Origin: a virus
Lineage: Duplodnaviria; Caudoviricetes
IMG/VR virus record: IMGVR_UViG_3300037873_000016
Location: 1 to 40,527 of that record
DNA length: 40,527 nucleotides
Direction: 5' to 3' (one strand)
Below the pieces are notes generated by a model. It did not search any database. It was given only the letters and a program-made list of their open reading frames with translations, and had not been told where the DNA came from. Below are positions 34,038 to 40,527 of this stretch, in pieces (positions within the stretch are counted from its first letter, which is position 1; every line of letters begins with the position of its first letter). The position numbers were made by a program, and so were the translations under genes.

Positions 34038-35165
34038 ATGACCCCCGAGAAAATCGCAGAACTGTTCGATCTGACACGCCAACACAGTGGGCTATACTGG
34101 GGCGAAGCAAGTCATCGCCAGCGGAAACATGCGCTCCGCTTCGCCCGGCTTGTTGCTATAGAAATACTGGGTGAGGTAGAGGATTTGGTAAGCGATTACC
34201 ATGCCGGACGCGAACAATCACCTCCGGATCTGGTAGCAGGCGAACAATTAGCGGTCGCGCAGATTGCCTTGGATTTAAGAGAGCTCCGAGCCCAATACGA
34301 GGGAAGAGAGCAAGAGGTTAAGCGAGGCGGGTACGGATGGTCTCCGGCTTATGAAGACGTACTAAAGCTCAGACGCGAAGCCGATCGGTTGCGGCGTGAG
34401 CTCGTGCAAATGTCGGAGCAGTACACGGAGGATGATGCGCGCGGTAATGACATAAGGAACCTTAATGTCGAGCTCGAGAAGACGAAGGCGGAGCGGGACG
34501 CCATGCGCGCCAAACTCGAACGCCTGGAGGGCTACTGGCGCCAAGACGTCAGTGAATACGAGGACGAGGCCGCGGCGTTAACAAAGCGCGCTGTCTCCGC
34601 AGAGCGGGAGCGGGATGCCGCACTCGCCGAGCTAGCAACCATCAAAGCAAATCTTGGTGAAGGGCTGTACGACCAGATGCAGCATATCCTACACGGCGAG
34701 ACGTCGCTGGTTCAGGAACGCGATGCCGCGCTGGCCAAGCTCGAGCAGGTAAGGGAGTGGCGCGAAAGGGACGACGACGATCGTAGACCGGGCGACTTAG
34801 ACGCAATCCTCGACTCCGAGCCGGCGCAGCCTGAGCGCCACATGACACTCTGGGTAATAGAGCAAAGCAACGGTCCCGGCTGGTTCCCACGTCCATGGGA
34901 TTGTCACGGTAGCGAGGAGAGCGCCAGGAAAGCGTTACAATCTCGTCTGCGCATGACGCCCGATTACAAACTTCGAGTCGCGCGCTACGAGCTGGGGCAC
35001 GAGGCGAAGGATCTCGCTAACGGCCACACCTGGCGAGACCTGTACCGACGAGCAGAGGCGGAGTGTGAAGAGCTGCAGGCCAAGCTCGAGCGCGTGCGTG
35101 GGTGGGTCGACAAAACGTTTGCGCGCAAGTCTGGCAGAGAGCTCCGTATGATCCTCGACTCCTAG
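34038..35165 (+). CDS. Modular coiled-coil early protein (Ead/Ea22-like architecture)
   Basis: Recurrent ERDA..A.L and AKLE.VR.W...ILDS segments; last gene of the plus arm. Confidence 0.7.
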   Translation: MTPEKIAELFDLTRQHSGLYWGEASHRQRKHALRFARLVAIEILGEVEDLVSDYHAGREQSPPDLVAGEQLAVAQIALDLRELRAQYEGREQEVKRGGYGWSPAYEDVLKLRREADRLRRELVQMSEQYTEDDARGNDIRNLNVELEKTKAERDAMRAKLERLEGYWRQDVSEYEDEAAALTKRAVSAERERDAALAELATIKANLGEGLYDQMQHILHGETSLVQERDAALAKLEQVREWRERDDDDRRPGDLDAILDSEPAQPERHMTLWVIEQSNGPGWFPRPWDCHGSEESARKALQSRLRMTPDYKLRVARYELGHEAKDLANGHTWRDLYRRAEAECEELQAKLERVRGWVDKTFARKSGRELRMILDS

Positions 35166-35273
35166 CCAGCGCCGCCCGGGCACGGCAATTGCTCTGGACC
35201 ATAGCCATGCACGCAATCGCATCCATTATCGCCGCGGCTCGCCTGACGGATTCTGACGAGCTCCGCGCGCGGA

Positions 35274-35432
35274 TTATCGTACGCTCAGGACATGTCGCTC
35301 GGTGAGACAAAATCCTATCGCACCGGCCAGCATCAGGATCTCGCCGATACGATTTGCTTTCGACCCGATCGGGAGAACGAACAGCAGCAGGCCGATGATG
35401 AAAACGATTAAAGGGATGAGTGTTAATGTCAT
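35274..35432 (-). CDS. Small two-TM membrane protein (holin-like candidate)
   Basis: AAGGAG RBS before ATG 35432; two hydrophobic stretches. Confidence 0.65.
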   Translation of the reverse strand: MTLTLIPLIVFIIGLLLFVLPIGSKANRIGEILMLAGAIGFCLTERHVLSVR

Positions 35433-35443
35433 TTGTGTCTCCT

Positions 35444-35839
35444 TCATTTGAAAATAAGTCGCGTGAGTACGGCGCTCAAGAACGCCATCGCTGCCATTCC
35501 GAGCGCCGCGAGCAGAGTCCACTTTGCTTTGGTGGCACCCTTCTCGTACGCATCCGGGACTTCCTTGGTGGCTTGTTTCAGCTCAAATTCGTGAAGCTTC
35601 GCACGTACTCCTAGAATGGATCCCTCGAGCTTGTCTAACTCGGCCTGTAGGGACCGAGTGAGCTCAGCAAACCGTTCACGTGACTCGCGCTCCTGGTGGA
35701 CACGATTCTTGTTCGCTTCCAAGATCGCGAATAGCTGACGTGCCTGCGCTTGAGAAGCGTCGAACAGCGCCTCCAATGTTGGCGCCTTCGGAAACATGCG
35801 CGAGATAGCCCGCGGGCGGTCGCTGCTCACGCCACTCAT
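35444..35839 (-). CDS. Coiled-coil protein with C-terminal TM segment (lysis module)
   Basis: ATGA overlap; terminal WTLLAALGMAAMAFLSAVL. Confidence 0.7.
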   Translation of the reverse strand: MSGVSSDRPRAISRMFPKAPTLEALFDASQAQARQLFAILEANKNRVHQERESRERFAELTRSLQAELDKLEGSILGVRAKLHEFELKQATKEVPDAYEKGATKAKWTLLAALGMAAMAFLSAVLTRLIFK

Positions 35840-36147
35840 TTGATCGACTTGCTCAGGGACGGCAATTCAATGTCCGGGAAGTTCGGCGGCGGCGGCAGCT
35901 TATCCGTGGGATAGCCTGGCGCGCTCGAGTCGGCTGTTATTGTGGTGACTGTTTCAGTTGACTCGCGCGAACGCATCTTGGTTGCAACGTCCTCGCCTGC
36001 GATCGCAAGGATCAAGATGCCGACGAGCCAGCGCACCGTTTCCTCAGCGGACTCCGGCGGGATGACTCGCAGATAGACGAGCGTGTAGGTCGAGACGATC
36101 GCTAGAAATACAGCAATAGCTTTCGAACTCTTGAACAGGCGCATCAT
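35836..36147 (-). CDS. Holin-like two-TM protein
   Basis: Two N-terminal hydrophobic helices and a hydrophilic tail; close to the endolysin gene. Confidence 0.6.
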   Translation of the reverse strand: MMRLFKSSKAIAVFLAIVSTYTLVYLRVIPPESAEETVRWLVGILILAIAGEDVATKMRSRESTETVTTITADSSAPGYPTDKLPPPPNFPDIELPSLSKSIK

Positions 36148-36458
36148 TCGTCTTCACCTTTTTCTGGCGGCTCTGTTGGTCTGTCTGCGGGCAGCTCGCG
36201 CGCCATCAAATTGCCGATACTCGCAACCGCCATCTTGATGTCTCGGATACTACTCACAGCGTATTGCACATTTGCATCCAGTACTTTGACGGCCTGCGAT
36301 AGACCGGTAATGAAATGAGCTTGATTTTTGGTTTGATCTGACAGCTTCTGCACCTCGTCGATGATCTCGTTCAAGCGCTGAGCAATTTCCTCCAGGCGTT
36401 GCTCGATGGTGAGCTGATGCTCGACATTTTGCTCGAGAGTTTTCTCGAGATCAGTCAT
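36144..36458 (-). CDS. Coiled-coil hypothetical protein
   Basis: GGAGG RBS before ATG 36458 (MTDLEKTL). Confidence 0.7.
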   Translation of the reverse strand: MTDLEKTLEQNVEHQLTIEQRLEEIAQRLNEIIDEVQKLSDQTKNQAHFITGLSQAVKVLDANVQYAVSSIRDIKMAVASIGNLMARELPADRPTEPPEKGEDE

Positions 36459-36651
36459 CTGCATCCTCCATGTCCTCGTCCTCGGACCATAACTTGCGAG
36501 ACAGGCTGACTGACTCACGTGCCATTTTGATCGCAGCTCCCGGCGACGGATGTGATGCTATCTCCTCCACGAGGCGAGCTAGCTCCGTGTGACACTCTGG
36601 CCTTATCGCATCGATGGCTGCACAGATTGCGTCTCTCTGGTTACCGTTCAC
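36451..36651 (-). CDS. Hypothetical protein
   Basis: GTGA overlap with the endolysin stop. Confidence 0.6.
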   Translation of the reverse strand: MNGNQRDAICAAIDAIRPECHTELARLVEEIASHPSPGAAIKMARESVSLSRKLWSEDEDMEDADD

Positions 36652-37034
36652 GGGTAGTCTTTCCTTGGCAATTCCCAGTGCGGACCATCGCGGAATGTCG
36701 ACCAATCCCCGCCCCAGGTGAGTGGCACATTCTCTTGCTCGGCCGCCTTTTTAATCGACTCGGATAGCGCATCGTAGTGCGGCCAGTGCCACGATGGTTT
36801 GCGGTTGATCCATGGCGCAATGTCCACCGCATGCCCAGTCAGGTGCCGCGAGTTGAGTGTGCGCGTAGCACCTTGTTTAAAGAGCAGCTCTTGGCGCGCT
36901 CTCGTGCGCAGTCCCTCGAGCACCGTGAAGTCGATATCGGTAATCTCGATCGCGCGCTTAACCACGGCGACAAGGTCCGGATGGACGCCGCGTAGGCGAA
37001 GTAACGAACGAGGGCCAAGGATGAATGAGATCAT
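36648..37034 (-). CDS. Endolysin, M15-family L-Ala-D-Glu peptidase
   Basis: L.GVHPDL, EGLRT..RQ..L, SRHLTGHAVD, WGGDW and DGPHWEL motifs. Confidence 0.95.
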   Translation of the reverse strand: MISFILGPRSLLRLRGVHPDLVAVVKRAIEITDIDFTVLEGLRTRARQELLFKQGATRTLNSRHLTGHAVDIAPWINRKPSWHWPHYDALSESIKKAAEQENVPLTWGGDWSTFRDGPHWELPRKDYP

Positions 37035-37216
37035 TTACGTCTCTGCCTCATGAGCTCGTCAAACGCCGCTAACCGCGCCTGCTCCTCCACCACGCGCTTC
37101 GCTTCGTCCTCGCCTGACTGGCCCTTGGCAAGCGCCACAGCGAGGTTCACGAGCTCAGTCAACACGCTGGGTGGCAACCGTCGCGCCCATCGAACGAGTT
37201 TCCAAATCAGGGACAT
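37031..37216 (-). CDS. Small hypothetical protein in the lysis module
   Basis: AGGAG RBS and ATGA coupling to the endolysin gene. Confidence 0.7.
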   Translation of the reverse strand: MSLIWKLVRWARRLPPSVLTELVNLAVALAKGQSGEDEAKRVVEEQARLAAFDELMRQRRK

Positions 37217-37419
37217 TTGCGGTACTCCTTCGAAAGCTCGTTGAGAACCTGCTCACGATGCGGGCAGGTATCCCAATCCCTTGGGCAGAGTTCTTCTGCC
37301 TGTTGGGCAGCTCTTGTTTCGGCGAGCGCGTAGCAAGCCTGACGATCCACGCCGCCGCAAGACACGAGCCAGCCACACAGAACCAGCCAAGTCCAATCAC
37401 GTAGTCTAATGGATGCCAT
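37207..37419 (-). CDS. Small lipoprotein (spanin-like candidate)
   Basis: Signal peptide ending LVS-C, then a helical segment with four further Cys; upstream of the endolysin gene. Confidence 0.6.
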   Translation of the reverse strand: MASIRLRDWTWLVLCGWLVSCGGVDRQACYALAETRAAQQAEELCPRDWDTCPHREQVLNELSKEYRKCP

Positions 37420-37446
37420 GGTTTCACGTCGTCTCCGTTGCACGGG

Positions 37447-39120
37447 TCATGTCACTTGCTCCACGACTGCTGTAGATGAGCCGTCGGCGTTCAATGGCCC
37501 ACCTGAGTTTTGGAAAGCCTCGATACGCACCTCGTCCCCGGCCGTCATCTTCCTAGTCCACGATGCCTGCAAAACGGTTACACCTGCGGCCGCCGCATCC
37601 ACCAGTACTTGGGCACCTATCGTGGCTCCACCGTTGCCAACGATTCGCACACCACGCTGGCCTGTGGCGTTTGCTTCAAAAAACACCGTAGCCGTTATTT
37701 GATAGCTGCCCGCTCTTCGCGCGAAAATCTGCCCATCATTCGGCGTGTACATAGCGCCCAAGTCTGTCTCGGTGTTCCAGTTAACCACCTCCCAGGCATT
37801 GTCGCCCAACGAGTCGGCACCGCCCGCGAGACTCAGGTCCACGCGCCCTTGATTAAAGTCCTGGAACGCCGCAGTGATGTGCCCGATCGAAACGCAATCG
37901 ATCGCCTCATTGTAGCGACCATCCGTGTTCGCGGCGACGGTGTTCAGGAATCCGTAATCCATCGTTGGGACCCCTTGACGATCGTGCGCCTTGCAGCCAA
38001 TAAATCGGATTCCGCGCGGCGTGCCGGCTGCAGTAGTCTGGCCCTCGATGATCCGAAATCCAGCGGTCGTGCCCCAAGCGCCGTTGCTGCCCGTGTCATA
38101 GGCAGAGCAACCAATAAAATCCAGGTCTCCTGTTACTACCGTGTCGGTCGCACCAGGTCCTGAAGCGACAAATCCGGAGGAGCCGCACCGAACGGCGACC
38201 GCGCCGATAATCGTCCCGTCGCGGGCACTGTTGGCAAACTTGTAGCCCCACGTATAGCAGTCAGAGCACACGCCACCTGTTACCTCGAATCGCACATTGC
38301 CCGGGACGGATCCGGTGAAGTCCATCCCCTGATCCACACTATCCACGCGTGGACCATGGACATAGAAATCTGAGCATCCGCTGAAGACCAACCCTCTGGT
38401 GTATCGCGGCGTCGCACCGGATCCGTAATTGCCGCCGAGGTCTCTCGCACGAGGATTGTAGACCGTAAAATCGGAGCAGCTCGCGATCCACATTCCTTGG
38501 ACCCTGTCGTCTCCCGGATCGGAGCCCAGCGAATAATCCATGTCGCGAATGAGCGGGTTCACTACCGTGAACTTCGTGGCATTTACGATCACGAAGCCCG
38601 TACCCATGTCGTCGCCGAAAACCTCGATACCCTCAAAATAATGTCCGGAGCCTCCTGAAATGTAGATGCCCGCGTCGTCGTTCAGCGATCCATTTGTGCC
38701 GTCGCCATTGCGATCCACCCTCACGCGCACAAGCCGAATGTTGTTACTGTTGTCGCTGGTAAGTGTGCGTACGTCGCCAGCAGCATCGGGCGTGAGTTGC
38801 TTTAGCGTGATGTCCTGCAGGCTCGTGTTCGCAGGCACCTCGAGATTTCCGGAGATTCCGTAGGTTTGGCCGCCTCCGGTCACAGTTACCCCAAGAACTG
38901 TCGCAGCGTTGATAGCGGCGAGGATAGCAGACTTGTTCACAGCACCGTTGGTGCTGGCTGCGGTAGAGGCCCCAAACTCGGATACATGGACCACCGTCTT
39001 AGCCATCGCCACGAGGGCATTTACGGCGTCCTCAATGTATCGTGTCGACGGATTCTCCGCGTGCCCGAGGCTACCGCGCATCCAGTATTGCAAAGCTAAA
39101 GCTTGCTGGTCAGTCAGCAT
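37447..39120 (-). CDS. Tailspike/depolymerase: right-handed beta-helix with C-terminal C1q/TNF-like domain
   Basis: V..FGA...N..AI.AAI start of a pectate-lyase-like fold and repeated G..I/F....  rungs. The C-terminus has VNWNTE...G.Y.I.A.V.F...M.AGDEV.I. Confidence 0.8.
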   Translation of the reverse strand: MLTDQQALALQYWMRGSLGHAENPSTRYIEDAVNALVAMAKTVVHVSEFGASTAASTNGAVNKSAILAAINAATVLGVTVTGGGQTYGISGNLEVPANTSLQDITLKQLTPDAAGDVRTLTSDNSNNIRLVRVRVDRNGDGTNGSLNDDAGIYISGGSGHYFEGIEVFGDDMGTGFVIVNATKFTVVNPLIRDMDYSLGSDPGDDRVQGMWIASCSDFTVYNPRARDLGGNYGSGATPRYTRGLVFSGCSDFYVHGPRVDSVDQGMDFTGSVPGNVRFEVTGGVCSDCYTWGYKFANSARDGTIIGAVAVRCGSSGFVASGPGATDTVVTGDLDFIGCSAYDTGSNGAWGTTAGFRIIEGQTTAAGTPRGIRFIGCKAHDRQGVPTMDYGFLNTVAANTDGRYNEAIDCVSIGHITAAFQDFNQGRVDLSLAGGADSLGDNAWEVVNWNTETDLGAMYTPNDGQIFARRAGSYQITATVFFEANATGQRGVRIVGNGGATIGAQVLVDAAAAGVTVLQASWTRKMTAGDEVRIEAFQNSGGPLNADGSSTAVVEQVT

Positions 39121-39449
39121 GACAGTGCGAACTTTCGTTTCAGGATTGCGCTCATTGTGTCGTAGTGGTTTGCGCTCTCGTGGGCCTTCACAAGCTCGCT
39201 CTCGAGGGTTCGGATACGTGCGCGCAGCTGTTCAGCGCCCGCGACTTCTGTGGCCAGGCGGGCAATCTCCGAGCGCGTGTGGCGAAGCTCCCCACAGCGC
39301 ATACTGAGCTCGGCCTTGAGCACTAGTACCTGCTCATCCACCGGCATGACTAGCTTTGGCGTAGCCTCCACAGGCTCCGGCTCTTCGAGAGGCACATCCT
39401 GCCCTGCGCAGAGGGCCGCGTAGTACTCGCTCGCTTGCGCAGGAGTCAC
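39114..39449 (-). CDS. Coiled-coil hypothetical protein (possible fibre chaperone)
   Basis: GTGA overlap at 39449; abuts the tailspike start. Confidence 0.6.
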   Translation of the reverse strand: MTPAQASEYYAALCAGQDVPLEEPEPVEATPKLVMPVDEQVLVLKAELSMRCGELRHTRSEIARLATEVAGAEQLRARIRTLESELVKAHESANHYDTMSAILKRKFALSC

Positions 39450-39727
39450 CAGAGCACCACGACTCCCTGTGCAGTAGACGTTGCCTTGAGCGCCAGCGCC
39501 TGGATGTCCCATACCAGAGGACCAGATGGTAGCGTGACGTCTGTGCCATCCAGACCTGTAACGACCAGAGTACCGGCCGTGGCTATCACAATCTGTCGGC
39601 ATGGACGACCCGGCAGAGTGTCTTTGGTCGGATCGTTGGCGAGGATGTCGTAGGCCACAGGCGTGCTAGTCCATGCGGTCCGGAAGGCCGGGCTGGGAAA
39701 GATTTCGTTGTTTGCTCGAGCAGACAT
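39446..39727 (-). CDS. Head-spike base protein-like (RcGTA Rcc01079-type)
   Basis: 93 aa; CRQIVIATAGTLVV...DGTDVT...IQ...LKATSTAQGVVVLW matches the remembered family pattern; AAGGAG RBS. Confidence 0.65.
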   Translation of the reverse strand: MSARANNEIFPSPAFRTAWTSTPVAYDILANDPTKDTLPGRPCRQIVIATAGTLVVTGLDGTDVTLPSGPLVWDIQALALKATSTAQGVVVLW

Positions 39728-39736
39728 TTGTTCTCC

Positions 39737-40527
39737 TTATCTAATTCCGATTCTGAGGGCCGACCGATGGCGCCCTTTAATCGGCGCCTCCGACCCGTCA
39801 GAGATCACAGCCGCCGCAGACGAGAGTCCGGCACATGTGCCCCAGATGCTACCGGTGCCGAATAGCGAGCCAGTTGCCGTGGAATCGCCGACAGCAACGC
39901 CACTCATGGCAGCAGTCGACTCGCCTGATATGGCTCCGGTGACAGTAGCCTGGCCATCTACCTGCCCAAGTACTGATCCGATGCCTAGGAACTCACCGGT
40001 GACAACACTGGTGCCATCGGCCGTACCGCTGACAGCATCGTCTGCGCCACCTGTGATTGCTCCGGTGACGGTGGACTGGCCGTCGGCTGTTGCGTCGATC
40101 GAGCCGATGCCACCGATTGCGGCCACGACATCGCCCGCTCCCGCGCTTTCGCCCGTGACTGAACCAACGCCCCTGATTGCCGCTGAAGCCGTGCCCAGAC
40201 CGTCACTCTGCCCGGTTACAGGACCTGGAGCAATAAAGGCTCCTGTGACAGTCGCTACGCCTGCGGAGGTGCCAAAGATTGAGCCGGTACCGGCCAGATT
40301 GGCAGCTACCGTTGCTACGCCGTCTGACTGTCCGAGGATATCGTTAGGTGGCTCAGACGCCGTGTAATCTACATCCCAAGCAACGGTACCGATCTCGACA
40401 CGGCGCCGCGCGGCGCCGCTACCGCTACTTCCTCCGCCTGTCTGCTCAAGTCGACACTCGACGCCCGCTCCGCTGGCATCACTAAGCAGTGATGCGTTCC
40501 ACGTGCCGCTAACTACCTCGCCAGGGT
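39737..40527 (-). CDS. 3' part of the origin-spanning fibre-like protein (about 20-aa G-x-S-x-G-x-A-T-V repeats)
   Basis: In frame with ATG 446 through the circular join. Repeats such as GQSDGVATV, GTSAGVATV, GQSDGLGTA, ATADGQSTV and GQVDGQATV. Confidence 0.85.
   Translation of the reverse strand, partial: PGEVVSGTWNASLLSDASGAGVECRLEQTGGGSSGSGAARRRVEIGTVAWDVDYTASEPPNDILGQSDGVATVAANLAGTGSIFGTSAGVATVTGAFIAPGPVTGQSDGLGTASAAIRGVGSVTGESAGAGDVVAAIGGIGSIDATADGQSTVTGAITGGADDAVSGTADGTSVVTGEFLGIGSVLGQVDGQATVTGAISGESTAAMSGVAVGDSTATGSLFGTGSIWGTCAGLSSAAAVISDGSEAPIKGRHRSALRIGIR
40401..40527. repeat. Terminal direct repeat copy 2 (circular assembly overlap)
   Basis: Identical to 1-127. Confidence 0.95.

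Larger units (their letters stand above)
1..40527. mobile_element. Complete circular temperate phage genome (tailed, podovirus-like gene set), about 40,400 bp unique; probable Myxococcota host
   Basis: Terminase, portal, capsid, tail, endolysin, integrase, xis and divergent XRE regulators are all present. The ends share a 127-bp identical overlap. No host housekeeping genes are seen. Host assignment is inference. Confidence 0.95.

Noticed and set aside
35166-35273. Structured ncRNA or terminator between the convergent arms
   Set aside because: Short GC hairpins (e.g. CCGCGCGCGG) are present, but there is no U-tract or recognisable RNA family. It cannot be supported without folding or covariation analysis.

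Overview
This window is a complete, circular temperate phage genome of about 40.4 kb. Positions 1-127 equal 40401-40527, which looks like an assembly overlap, and one gene reads in frame across the join. The morphogenesis genes are podovirus-like. The host is probably a myxobacterium (Myxococcota); this is inferred from a GTGG/Cys-rich lipoprotein and from an attP-like site inside the integrase gene, as in Myxococcus phages Mx8/Mx9. One long minus-strand arm carries, in order: cro, XRE regulator, xis, int, MTase-like gene, replication initiator, VRR-NUC nuclease, a pentamer-repeat array, a solo Cas7/RAMP-like gene, neuB-neuC-neuA, HNH, a Maf-type glycosyltransferase, HNH, terminase, tRNA-Met, portal, scaffold, capsid, tail and ejection genes, fibres/spikes and lysis genes. 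A short plus-strand arm carries a repressor, a 5'-3' exonuclease-RecT fusion and small early genes. Two systems stand out. (1) A stand-alone Cas7-like RAMP gene sits directly downstream of a non-CRISPR array of GGNNN pentamers punctuated by nine GTCGC anchors, a candidate RNA-guided system. (2) A compact nonulosonic (sialic-type) acid synthesis, activation and protein-transfer pathway. All calls come from reading motifs and gene order by eye; no database searches were run.
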